Of a DNA stretch of 64,000 nt, positions 50,519 through 64,000 are shown piece by piece. The notes below the pieces were generated by a model, which was not told where the DNA came from, did not search any database, and saw only the letters and a program-made list of their open reading frames with translations. Source of the stretch: Tricharina praecox (taxonomy: Eukaryota); the NCBI RefSeq assembly GCF_024521635.1, contig NW_026250438.1, forward strand, positions 62,001-126,000, written 5' to 3'. Numbering within the stretch: position 1 is the first letter of the stretch; the number at the start of each line of letters is the position of its first letter. The position numbers and the translations under genes are program-made.

Positions 50519-51754
50519 TTAAAGGCGGCGGGGAGGGGGGGATGGAGGATATAATGAATTTTTTGCTGCTGTACCTATGGACCATGTGAAGGAATGGAGC
50601 ATGGACAGATCGGAGGTGGTGCTAAGTCCGGTCATGATTGTATTCCCGAATCATTGTCCCCTTCATGTTCCACCGCGAAGTATTGCCTATGCTTAAACAT
50701 GTGCGTCGTAAATCATGTCCAAGCGTATGTAGATGCGGGGATAACTAGAGGCCGCCCATAGGGCTGATTCGCTTAACCCCGCCGGCCTTAAGCATTGTAG
50801 TGAAGGCCCTTCGGAAGTATCTCACGCGGCGGGGATATATCATATCCGCTGTGTGATCAGGGGATCTCGTGCAATAGGTAAGCACATGGTTACATACCGG
50901 TGGGTATGCTGTGTTACCGGTACGTATATATTCCTAGTGTTACCCGGGCCCAGACCGTATGTAATACCGTAATTTGCCTACTCCAAGGTAGATCTATGGC
51001 GGACACGCACTCGAGCATAGCATAGCATGGCCCACAGAAAGGATGACACTGTGAAACACACAGTTCACACTACACACCCACCGACTCACCGAGTACGAAC
51101 CCGGAGTTTTTGTTAAGGCGCAATGCACAGTCAGCCGCCAGGGCCAGGGCCGGAGCCGGAGCCGGAGCCGGATATGTCTGCTGGTGTGCCCCGGAGATTC
51201 CGCAGCGGGTGCCCGGTGAGCGAGCAGCGATCAATGAGCAACGAGCAATGCGCATCCCTACATACTCTAACCTACTCTAATGTACTCGGCTAACGATCTA
51301 TATCCGCGTTGCACAAAAACGTTTGTCTGTGTGCCTACGCTGTGTGCCCGTGTATTTGCGCTGTGCGCGGGGATAATGGAGTAAGGTCCGGGTTATCGAA
51401 ATCCCCGCACGTGGTGTGCGCGGGGCGGCGCGGGGTTGGTCGGTCGGTCGGTGGGCCTGAGAAGATACGTACCTAGGCCTCCCGGTGAAGGCGCCGTGGA
51501 TTCGATTCGGCCGTATCGCCGGCGGAGGTGTGTTTGGAGTTCAATGTCTCCGGGGAAGGGAGTGATGGAGGGAGGGATGGAGGAAGAAGGGAGGGAGACA
51601 TAAAAGCGATGTGATGTCCTGACTATTGAGCTCATCATCAGCTTCATCATCAGATCCAAACATCTACAGCTACAGCCTCAACTTCATCTTCACTTCACTC
51701 CCACTCCTCCAACGAGCCCACCACCACCACTACCACCACCACCACTACAGCACC

Positions 51755-52498
51755 ATGTCTCTCACCGGCAAAGTCGCCCTCGTAACCGGCAGCTCCAAGG
51801 GCATCGGAGCAGCCATCGCCAAGAACCTCGCCGCGCAGGGGGCCAGCGTAGTGATCAACTTCAGCTCCTCGCAGCCCGAAGCCGAGCTGCTTCTATCTAC
51901 GCTGCCGAACCCAAGCACGCACCTTCTGCTACAAGCCGACGTCTCCTCCGTCCCGGCGTGCCAGAAGCTCGTGGCGGACACAGTCGCAAGATACGGCAAG
52001 ATCGACTTCCTCGTGCTGAACGCGGGGTGGATGCCGTCTGCGGACCTTCGCGACACGACAGAGGCGGTCTTCGACCGCTGCTACAACACCAACGTCAAGG
52101 GCCCGTTCTTCCTTTCGCAGACGGCGGCGCCGCACATGCCCGACGGCGAGGGGCGCATCGTGTTCTTCTCGACGAGCCTGACGGCCGCGAGCGTGCTCAC
52201 CCCCGCGTACACGCTCTATGTCAGCACCAAGGGCGCCATTGAGCAAATGGTCAGGGGCGTGAGTAAGGACCTAGGCCGTAGGGGCATCGCGGTCAATTGT
52301 GTCAGTCCCGGCCCCACGAGGACGGACTTGTTCCTTAAGGGGAAGACCGAGCAGGTCGTGGAGATGTTTGAGGGGATGAGCCCAGCGGGCCGCATCGGCG
52401 AGCCGGAGGATATCGCTGCGGTCGTGGTGTTCCTGTGCCAGAAGGAGGCGGGCTGGACGATGGGGCAGAATATTAGGGTCAATGGCGGCTTTGCTTAG
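51755..52498 (+). CDS. Classical SDR (3-oxoacyl-ACP reductase / trihydroxynaphthalene reductase-like), intronless
   Basis: VALVTGSSKGIG, QADVS, LVLNAG, NVKGPFF, YVSTKG (YxxxK), VNCVSPGPT, GQNIRVNGG. Confidence 0.93.
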   Translation: MSLTGKVALVTGSSKGIGAAIAKNLAAQGASVVINFSSSQPEAELLLSTLPNPSTHLLLQADVSSVPACQKLVADTVARYGKIDFLVLNAGWMPSADLRDTTEAVFDRCYNTNVKGPFFLSQTAAPHMPDGEGRIVFFSTSLTAASVLTPAYTLYVSTKGAIEQMVRGVSKDLGRRGIAVNCVSPGPTRTDLFLKGKTEQVVEMFEGMSPAGRIGEPEDIAAVVVFLCQKEAGWTMGQNIRVNGGFA

Positions 52499-53169
52499 AG
52501 AGGGAGAGGGAGATGGATTATGTAGTCTCTTGTATCGGAAATTGTATGACCTTTGGCACCATTGCGTTCAGCCTCATGGCCTTTCAAATCACCGTGAAGA
52601 ACCGGATGTATGTGTCTTTATACGCAAATACATACCCTATGCAAGTATCAGCCCACCGCCGCAGCCCTCCCCCAGGATCAGCAGGAATCATCTCGTCTCC
52701 AGCAAAGTCCATGCCGATCTTCAACTAACCTATCCTCCGGCGCCTGCAGGCTGCGATAGCCCGTTCTCGACCTAAGCAGGTATATAAGCACTCTACCACT
52801 TACCGCCGACCGGTACCAGTCACGGCATCAACAGAGTTATATCCGCCTTCCGTCCGCCCAACTTCCTCCAACAACCAACAGCAATGATTCACTTCGGGCA
52901 GGTACCAGAACATAAAGTGATAGGTAAGTATCACGGAAGCCTTCCGTAAGGCCGGGGGACTCCGCCGAAGCATATATAAGGCTCGGCACTGCTTTCATGT
53001 CACCGAGATCTACCGGTAACTAATAGTTGAATACGTAGCGCCGTTGCAAGATTGATAAGCGCGGGCTCGGGTGTCTGCAATGTGCAGTGTAACTATTAGC
53101 CATAAGTGTACAATACGAGAAGCTCGTTTTACAAATCATCAATGATCAAAGGAACTCGTATTTAGGCAT

Positions 53170-53438
53170 TGAGGGGGCGCGGAGGCAGAGGCGGCTTGTG
53201 ACCATCGGCGATCGTCGGAGAGAGGAGACCTTGTTGAGTCCCGGTGGGACCTGATCCAGACCCGATGCGGTCATCCAACGTTTACCTGCCTCTGTTGTCA
53301 CTACTTCTGTCTACCTGTTGTTGTTGTTCTCTGGTCATCAATCCTCATCAGTACATCAGTTCATCACCCTTTGAAGTTTTCTGCTGTTGCTCTTGAATCG
53401 ATTGATTCTTTAATCACCTCCCATCCATAGGCCTCTCA
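53170..53438 (+). mobile_element. Solo LTR (269 bp), family B copy 3, TSD GCAT
   Basis: TGAGGGG...CCTCTCA termini (imperfect inverted TG...CA); GCAT immediately on both sides; internally deleted relative to 40539-41055. Confidence 0.78.
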
Positions 53439-54163
53439 GCATTGCACCTGTCATTCTGTAAGTACATACTCTAGGTACCGGTACATATGTGCATACATAG
53501 AACCCGTTGGGCTTGGCTTCACCTAGCTGCATATCGTCCTCTGGTTCGGCAGCGTTCTGTGGCGGCGTCCACCATCGATATGGTCACTGATCAGTGGTCA
53601 GTGGTCGCGGGATCCTGTAGAAAGCGGGGCTGAACTTTCATCCATTTTTGACTTCACTTTTGGACCGAAACTGCGCTACGATCTCGGCTACTTGAGCAGA
53701 TGATCGGTTGAATGGCGATGCTAGCGCATCAGGCTAGAGCTGTCTCAACGTTAGTGCATAAACTGTACCCCACATACGCACATCTACCAAGACAGGTACC
53801 GTATCTGCTCACCTGTATGTACGGATGCATTCCGAGTGGTAAAATGTTCTAAAGAGTTGAAGTAATACAGATCACCGAGCTTTGTGGAAGATTATTCGTG
53901 GATAAAGCATATATCCGGGGCGATGAGATGCGTAAGAATGACGGTATCCCTAGCGCATCTAAGGCAATGGGCATCTCGTCCGGCGCCGGCTTTAGCTAAC
54001 TAACGCCTTTGCCCCACATTTCGCCTCCAGGGTCCTGCGACGGCAAGCCATCACGGGCGTAACGGAGGTCCACCATGTGGGGGCTATAAAGATCCACGGC
54101 ACCCGCCACGAATGACGAAAGCCAATCCCCATTAGCGAATCCAGATAGACAAGACAAGACAAG

Positions 54164-55812
54164 ATGAAGCCCGACACCTCCTTCACGGTTCCATTCCTGA
54201 TCGACGGCGAGACGACGACGGGCTCGACGGGCGCCTCGTTCCCCGTGTACAGTCCGGCGACCGGCGAAGCCTTGTGGAACGGTGCCTCCGCGTCGCTCGA
54301 GGACGTGGAGGCGGTAGTTGCGGCGGCGACTGCGGCGCTGCCTGGTTGGAGGGCCACAAAGTTTAGCAAGCGCCGCGATCTGATAATCCGCGCGGCGCAG
54401 CTGCTAGAGGAGAGGGCCAATGAGCTGAAGGCGGCTATGATGGCGGAGACAGCCGCCGACGACGGCTGGGCTGGCTTCAACGTTTCGAATGCGGCAGGCG
54501 TGCTCAAGGGTGTCGCTAGTAGGGTCACCTCGATTGAGGGCCGGATTCCAGAGAGCGATTCGGATGCTACAGTATTGATCCTGAAGGAGCCGTATGGTGT
54601 TGTGCTTGCGATTGCGCCATGGTCTGTCGTCCTGCTCCTCCTCCTCCTCCTCCACGTTTCCCCCCTCCCCCATTCAGTCTATTGACAAAATTTAGGAATG
54701 CGCCGATCATCCTCGCCGTGCGCGCGATCGTCTTCCCGCTCGCCGCGGGCAACACCGTGATCTTCAAGTCGTCCGAGCTATCACCGCGCACTCACTTCCT
54801 CGTAGCGGAGGTATTCCAGCTCGCCGGGTTCCCGAAGGGCACCGTCAACCTGCTAGGCCACTCGCGGGAGAACGCGCCAATGATCACCACGGCGCTGATC
54901 CAGGCGCCCGCCGTGCGCAAGGTCAACTTCACCGGCTCCACACCGATCGGAAGGAAGATCGCGGCGCTGGCGGGTGAGAATCTGAAGCCGGTCACCCTCG
55001 AGCTCGGAGGGAAGGCCCCTATGATCGTGTTTGAGGACGCGGATCTGGCGAAGGCCGCCGAGGCGGGCGTTTTTGGCGCTTTTCATCATGTGCATTCCGT
55101 TCCGTTTTTGTTTTCCCTGGCCGATGAGGTGCAGCGATGCGTGCATAAATACTAACGATGGGCTTCAAAACATAGGCTGGCCAGATCTGCATGTCCTGCG
55201 AGAAGATCCTAGTGCACAAGTCGATCGCGGCAGCGTTTACCACGGCGCTGAAAGCCGGCGTGACGAAGATGTACGGCACGTCGCAAGTGCTGATCCAATC
55301 GGCGGGGTCCAAGAGGGTGTCGGAGCTGCTCTTCGACGCGGTGAAGCACGGCGCGACACTGCACCCGACGCTCGAGAACCCCTCCAACCCTAACGAGCAT
55401 CACAACGTTGTCGTCACCGACGTCACGACGGACATGGCGCTGTGGCGGACCGAGTCCTTCGGCCCGGTCGTGATGGTGGCCGAGTTCTCGGACGAGGCCG
55501 AGGCCGTCAGGATGGCGAATGATACCGATTATGGACTCTCGGCGGCGGTTTGGACGAGAGATGTGGCCAGGGGCATCAGGATTGCGAAATTGATCGAGAG
55601 CGGGTATGCAGCATGAAATTCCTCCGGTGGCTGCACGGTTGACTGACGCTGATCTACTATAATCTAGGGCGGTGCATATCAACGGACCGACGGTGCACGA
55701 TGAGGTAGCCCTGCCGCACGGAGGTGTGAAGAACAGCGGCTACGGGCGATTCGGAAGCACGGATGGACTGGAGGAGTTCTTGACTACGAAGACGATCACA
55801 TTCAGAGGATAG
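54164..55812 (+). CDS. Aldehyde dehydrogenase, salicylaldehyde/vanillin dehydrogenase-like (3 introns)
   Basis: EPYGVVLAIAPWNAP, AGNTVIFKSSE, VNFTGST, LELGGK, GQICMS, ESFGP, ANDTDYGLSAAV, HINGPTVHDE..LPHGGVKNSGYGRFG. Confidence 0.93.
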
Positions 55813-57397
55813 AGATCATCAGGCCGCCGAGAGGAGAGGGGTACCGGGTATTCGATATCGTGTATTGAGTAGCGTAGCGTGGATCCATATGTATGATACG
55901 AGAATCCGCATTGTCCGAACAAGTTTGCTTGCTCGCATGTAGTTACTATTCTACACGCACAGAGGCGACCAAGCCACCATACATAGGCGCCCCCAATTCC
56001 AGAATGCCGTGAAGCGTGCCGCCACCATGCGAATGCATCCAATCGCGCCCATCGCGCGCATCGCGCTCCCTGCCTCCGCCTCCACGGGTGGGTGGGAGAT
56101 CCCCCAAACCGTGCGGGGCAAACCCGCATGGACTAGTAGTCTACAGTCAAAGCTCTTTTTCAGACTAGTTCGCGCGGGGGTGAAACGGATGTGCCGATCT
56201 CATCTTTTGGAGGGGGGTTCGATCCTCGGGTTCGAGCTTGCCTATTGGATATCTAGGTCATGATAGTTGCTCCCCAGCAGGTATGCCATGAGTCATGTTC
56301 CAACAGATAGGTAGGTATTCATGACCGGCTCCACAGAGGCCGGAGTCTGAACGGGATCTGGAGTAGAATAATTGGCCAGGCCGAGGAAGAACTGGTGTAC
56401 CGTAGTACGCCCACCCGCTGTTGTGGACTTATAGTACACACCGAGCGCACATCGGTACCTTTGGGGCGTGCTGGTTGTCGTAACTTAGTACACAACCTTT
56501 TGCGGAACCGGGCCTGGACACGAGTGCTATCCCATGTTGCTCGCGGAACGATCCTGTAGGCTGTTTGCAATTAGCGTGGGATTTCCCGAAGGAGCAATGA
56601 CATGGGGGCGGGGCGCGGGGCGGGACGGTCCGTGCGGATGCCGAGGGAACTGGTGTCCAGTCGATAGACAATCTTGCCGCTAAGCCGGCTATGCGAGTAC
56701 CGTGGTTAAGTCCTTTCCATCTGGTCTTACATGGTCGTCTTTCCATCCTTACTTCCGTACCTACGGTACTGTGAATACGGTACCGATACAAAAAGATATC
56801 CACTTCTTCCGAAGTCTGCATAACTCCTACATACATACACTGAAGATTCTTATCCTATCCTATCCTGGCTGAGGCGGCGTTTGTGGACATCGGCTCGAGT
56901 GCCTATCGTTATGTGGAATCGATACCCATCCTCATAGAGTACCTAGATCTCAGTTGATACAGACCGGATACCCGAAGCGGATCTGGACGCGTAAACGCCT
57001 CCGTGTGACCGCCCTGTCCGACGACGACGCATTGACACAGCGGGATCATGATTGGTCACTTCCAACCTCCGCCTCTCGAGGTGCGACTCGGTGCATCGCT
57101 TAGAAAAAAAAGCTATGGCCCGTTTGGCGACGCCGCGATCTCTTCAACACCCAGCTCGGGTGGCGGTGGTGTGTTGTGTAGGCTGCTAGCCATCCCCCCA
57201 CCCTGAAGAATGGCGGCCAGCGGTAGTTTGAGACCGAAAAGCGCCGTAGGACTGCGGAGTATACATAAGAGAATAAGGTCCCCTTCCAAATGACCACCGT
57301 CGACCAGAACTCGCCTTTTTCTCCTACACTTCCGTTGCTTAAGACTCCCGCCCGCCCGCCCCTGTCTCCTCCGCCGTTCAACGTCAACGTCAACAAT

Positions 57398-59027
57398 ATG
57401 TCCGGTCCCGCACAAATATACGACAATGCGCCGCTCGAAGTCGACCCTGATCTGGTTCGCCTCACTGCATTGCACTTGCACTTGCACTTGCACCCACTCC
57501 CTCGGGCTCGAGCCGTAACTAAAATTTCCGATGTGACTAGGTCGGAAAGGACTTTACCGATTACGAGTCTACGGGGTGAGTTGTGACTTCTTGATTCGAT
57601 TCGGGATCACTGGTCACCGGTCGGGCGTGGAGGGGCTATTACTAAGAACTACTACCTACGCCAGCTACGACTCGAGTACCGCAAGCGTCACGACCAGCAT
57701 CCAGGAGTACATATTCGAGAACGGTACAGTTCCGTCATTCGGCGTCGTGGGCTCACTGCAGCCTGTCCTCGGGGGAGTCCGAATTCAGGGCTGACTCATA
57801 ACTACTATGTGCTATAGGTCGTCGCTACCATACGTATTTCGGCCATGACAAATCGTTATTCCCGACGGATGAGGTATGCCTCCACCGCGACTCACTCGTC
57901 CCCCACTTCGGTTGCTAATCCGTGGTCCATTCAGACAGAGCAAGACCGGTAATTAACTTCAACTACCGGGCTCGTGTGCGCTGGGGTTGTGTGTGAACCG
58001 GTTCCTGACGGGGTTGGATATGTTTGTACTAGACTTGACATGAACCACGAGATGTTCATGCTGCTGTGGAACGGCGGGCTGCACAAGGCGCCCATCACCG
58101 AGAACCCGCACAACATCCTCGACGTCGGCACGGGTACGGGAATCTGGGCCGTCGACATCGCCGAGAAGTTTCCGTCCGCTGAGGTGGTCGGGGTGGATCT
58201 GAGGTCGGTGGATATACTGCGTGTCGAGGGTGGCAGGCGGCATTGCTGACTTGACCCCCCCCCCCCCACCGAGAATAGCCCGATTCAGCCGAAATGGGTC
58301 CCTACAAACTGCCGCTTCGAAATCGACGATGTCGAGAGGGAGTGGACGTTCAACGAAAACCTCTTCGACCTGATCCATTGCCGGAATATCTCGCAGAGTA
58401 TCAGCGACTGGCCAAAGCTGCTCAAGAACATATACAGGTACGTGTTTACATACATACTTCTTTGCGACTTTTCTTGCTGACGCATGTATGCGTACGTGAA
58501 GATGTACCGCGCCCGGCGGCTTCGTCGAAGTCTGCGAGGCCGGATTATACCCGCACAGCGACGACGGCACACTGGAGTTAGACAACCCCCTGCTGCCCTT
58601 CTTCGACCTTCTCAAGACAGCGATGATCAAGCTCGGGCGGCCGCCGGTCGACGGGCCGATCATGGCGCAGCAGCTGCGCCGCGCCGGATTTAAGGACGTC
58701 CACGTGACAAAGGTTAAGCAGCCGTGGGCGCCGTGGCCAAAGGATAAGCGCCTGAAGCAGCTCGGCGCTATCGCGCTCCTCCAGGGTGAAACGGGATACC
58801 GTGCGTATGGCCTCGCGGCGTTCACGAGGGTCCTCGAAATGGAAACGGCGGCGGCGGAGAAAATATGCGATGATGCGTCCGCTGCCCACCATAATCCGAG
58901 GTACCATGTCTACAATTATGTGTGAGTACTTTCGAAGCGAGCCCTTCACCCCGAAAGCAGGATACTGATGTCGTTCGTGTGCAGCTATTCCGTGTATGGG
59001 CGTAAGCCAACTGAGGACGGCGCTTGA
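57398..59027 (+). CDS. LaeA-like SAM-dependent methyltransferase (Methyltransf_23), intact, ~9 exons
   Basis: Spliced [90 protein letters not shown]. Confidence 0.9.
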
Positions 59028-59909
59028 AGGCAGCAGTGGCAGGGTTCGCATTTCCTTAGTATCTCGAGATGGCTCTGATGTTTCGGCTTATTGTGAGATT
59101 ATCGTTTTTCGTACCTATGAATCATGACATTTTGGGATTCTTATCGTTTTCTCCCTGCTGTTGGGGGTTTTTGTCTGTTTTTTTGTTTGTTTCATCATAC
59201 TTATTGCAAAGTTCAGCCGTGTCCAAAAATCACCGAGGGTTTCAACCCCCCAAGGCCCAACTATCCACCTGAGTGAGAGTGAAGAAAGAATTAAAACCGA
59301 GAATTCGCACCCCGCATATCCAGTCTTCCGAAACTGACGATTCGCTCTCCTCTTGTTGATTTTTCTTCTCCTCTTTCTCATCGCTGTCTTCCCTGGGTAC
59401 AGTATATACCGGACATCCACTCCCGCGATTCTCGATTCCTGGCACGGCGAACGTGCCGAGTCCACTCTGGTGCACGGATAGCATTTCAGAGTTTCGGCCG
59501 GGAGTCCGAGTGCTCGTGCGGTATCGCACTCCGCACTCCCGCACTCCACGGCGTACGGGCCAACCAACCCGGCGTGCGCCGTTCGGAGCCGTTCGGCGCC
59601 TTTAGAAAGTGCACCGCCCGCCCGCCCGCATTGCTCAAGTTTGCCGTATTCCACCGTATTCTGCCCGTTTCACCGATTCCCTACACATGGGGTAGGAGTA
59701 GCCGTACCTTCCGCGGTCCGCACGCACTCACAACACACTCACAACGCACGCACGCACGCTTGGGATCTTGTAAGGAGTCGAAAGTCGGGATTCGGGAGTC
59801 GGGAGTTATGAGTCATAACTTGCGCGCGATTCCCGCATCCGTGAGTGAGTGAGTGAGCACCGACTTCCGTGAACACCGACTTCTGTGAGCAACCAGGTCT
59901 CTCGCACTC

Positions 59910-60720
59910 TCTCGCAGCACCACCCGCCACGACCTGCTACGGCCCGCGAGTGACACCGTGCGTCCTGGCCGTGCGTCCTGATCCTGCGTCCTAGTCGTCG
60001 TGCATCTTCTCCTTGCTTTCGCATACCTACCATAGTGTCACTTCTCACTTCTCACTTCGTTTCCTATGTACATAAATGGCTCTTTCCACGATTTCACGAT
60101 CGGTATATACACAGATAGATTATCTACCCATCCACCTCTGTTGCCGTTAGTTACCGTTAGTTACCGTTAGTTGCCGTTAGTTGCCGTTAGTTGCCGTTAG
60201 TTACCGTTACCGTTGCTATTGCCGTTGCCAAGAGAGAGAACCAAGTCACGCAGCATCACCCGCCGCGACCCACGAGTGACACCGAGTGACGTTGTCGTGT
60301 GTCCTGGCCGTGTCGTGCAGCTTCGTCTCCTCCTTCGTATTCTCCTTACTTTCGCATACTGTCACTTCGAACCCTCTTGTCCCTAACCGCAGCCCCGGGC
60401 CTCAGCCCTCCGCTCCGCTCTGTGGTATATACTCTAGGTACTCTACATAGCTTGTCTACCCACCTCCATTGCCTCCTCCCAAGCCGTTACCACTGCCAAG
60501 TACCAAATCTCGCAGCATCACCCGTCAGCGGCCGCAGCCCACGAGTGATGCCGCGTGTCCTGGTCCTCCTTGCTTTCGCATCTTCACATACCAGCATTGT
60601 CACTTCCCACTTCCCACTTCTCATTCCACGCTTCTTGCCTTGCTTCCTTCATTCATTCCTGAATTCCTGAATGTCCTCCCCCCTTCTACCGTTCCACCAT
60701 TCCATTCCACGATACGATCG
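59910..60720. repeat. Degenerate ~270-340-bp tandem repeat (~2.5-3 units) with an embedded 10-bp minisatellite (TTRCCGTTAG)n at 60141-60210
   Basis: CGCAGCA.CACCCG...C.CGAGTGA...GTCCTGG...CTCCTT.CTTTCGCAT...TGTCACTTC recurs at ~59912, ~60249 and ~60511. Confidence 0.8.
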
Positions 60721-60966
60721 AAACTTCTCGAATCAAGATTGTGCTAATAATAATATGTACAGCATGTGGTAGAGTTATGCCCAGATCCCAACCCCGCATT
60801 CCCGCCGCCCAAATTTCCGAATTACTATGCAAGAAAAAATCCCCCTCCCCGGCATTCCGTATGTAGAGTATGCAAAGAAATTCCGACCGACCAAACGAGA
60901 AAAAAAAAGGTAAGAAGATTCGTGACCGCCCAACAAAGCCGCTTCCATGTGGTCGCCACCTACTCC

Positions 60967-62566
<1,600 letters not shown>

Positions 62567-64000
62567 GGTGTATCTCGGTGGTTTATTCTTTGCTGTGATG
62601 CGTTATGGGTTGTTGTGGGGGTTGTTGTGGACGGTCGTTGAATGGAATTATGCGGAAGGCCCTCTATATTCCCTGGCGGCGGCAGCGATGATGATGGGGG
62701 TGTTCGATATTATTCGGAAACGTGTGAGTCCAGTCCCGTCCGTCCAACGTGCCATCGACATCCGGGGGCTTGACAGGAGTATTTAAGTGAGCTCGCGGAG
62801 CTCACATAGTTCACAAGTCATCCGCCATCACAGGTACATTTACCGGGACAAGGGCAGCACACCACCATTACAATTATTACGCCCGCTCGCCGGGCCACAC
62901 GCTACCACAACAAGGGTACATACATAACATTCAAAGACGCCCCCCCCCCCCCCCCTCTCCCCTGCCCGTCGAGATGGTGGGAATAACCTACCTCTCTACA
63001 TAGAACACTCCTCGCCTCGCCTCGTTCCATGGCATAGCATGGCATGGCATGTGGCCGATGTCAGTCTGTCTCCCACACACACCCCCCCCCCCCTTTCCAC
63101 GGTAGTTAGTGGGGCGAGAAAGATAGGCAGTGGGCATGGGCACGCTCAGGAACAAGGCACCAGCGACCAGTGAAGTGATCAGCTTAGAGACGGCATTCCT
63201 CGAACGGAAGGGGAGGGGGAGCGGCGACCGTGGTCCGGACAAAGGCGAGGGGAGCACTCTGATCGGCCAGCTCATCATCACCATGCCCAGACTCCAGACT
63301 CCAGACTGCAGAGTCAGAGACGGCAGGGCAAGACAGCTGACGGGAAACCGGCTGCTGCCGTTCGTTCGACTCGGACGTTCTTTCACCATTCAACTCGACC
63401 TACATACATAGACCTGGACCTTGCCGTTTTTCACAAGACCTGCGTTGCATGTGTCGATGGGGAAGGGAATGTCCTGCAGGAACAACACAGTCCGGCCAGT
63501 ACATAGAGTCGAGTCGGGCACGGTACGGTGAGACGGTGATCTCCACGCCCCCAGGGATGTCTTGACTCTTCGACACATGTCGGTCGACATCAATACTTCT
63601 GCTGCCCGGAGCAAGGGCGAATCGAATCATGATTCATCCACCGCACCGGGATCACCGAGTTGAACGGCATACATAGATAGAGTGTCCACGTCTTGTGCCT
63701 TGTGGTGTGCGGGGGCGTGTGCAGGGAAGGTGTGTGAGGAGGACAAAGCAAAGCCTACCGGTACTCGCATAAGCAAGCAGGCAGCAAGCAGACAAGCAAG
63801 TACTTACTCTAGGTACCGGTACATATGATACCGGTAGACATGATACCAGCGTAGTCGAGCAAATAGTTACTGCTAGCAGTTAGCTACATGTTAGCGGGCG
63901 AATGTATGTAGGAGGGGCGTGTCTGAATCTAGATGCTGCAAAGCAATGCGGGCCAAGTGACGTGACGGACGCACATTGCAATGATTCCATCGGAAAACCC

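Noticed and set aside
51626..51754. His/Ser-rich N-terminal extension of the SDR in the ORF track
   Set aside because: It is a (CAC)n-rich 5' UTR with a non-ATG start; the CACCATG at 51755 gives a standard SDR N-terminus.
56170..56240. GGTTCGATCC resembling a tRNA T-loop
   Set aside because: The T-stem and acceptor stem do not pair; no cloverleaf.
60141..60210. (TTRCCGTTAG)n as a telomeric repeat
   Set aside because: It is not TTAGGG, it is internal, and it is embedded in a larger tandem unit.

Overview
Fungal (filamentous ascomycete) genomic DNA with short GT-AG introns and CTRAC branch sites. The multi-exon LaeA-like methyltransferase paralogs suggest Pezizomycetes, but this is inference only. 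The first ~13 kb is an accessory, TE-rich block. It holds an intronless HET-domain gene between LTR-like relics, a decayed Ty1/copia element carrying a nested solo LTR with a 5-bp TSD and an apparently captured intron-bearing fragment, a ~250-bp foldback hairpin, and a Tourist/PIF-like MITE. The rest holds about 17 ordinary genes: kelch-like membrane protein, PL1 pectate lyase, Zn2Cys6 TF, two small GPI-type proteins, a conserved hypothetical membrane protein, dual-specificity phosphatase, AA9 LPMO, 2-hydroxyacid dehydrogenase, a single-TM protein, S8 protease, secreted App1-like HAD phosphatase, two SDRs, an ALDH, a LaeA-like methyltransferase and a GH5 exo-1,3-beta-glucanase. There is also a 5'-truncated LaeA-like paralog capped by a tandem repeat, solo LTRs and several minisatellites. 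I saw no rRNA, tRNA or CRISPR. I cannot support a clearly new multi-gene system. The best leads are the TE-embedded HET gene, the foldback hairpin, the decapitated methyltransferase and an enriched TACCGGTA palindrome. All family calls come from motif recognition by eye, not from database searches.
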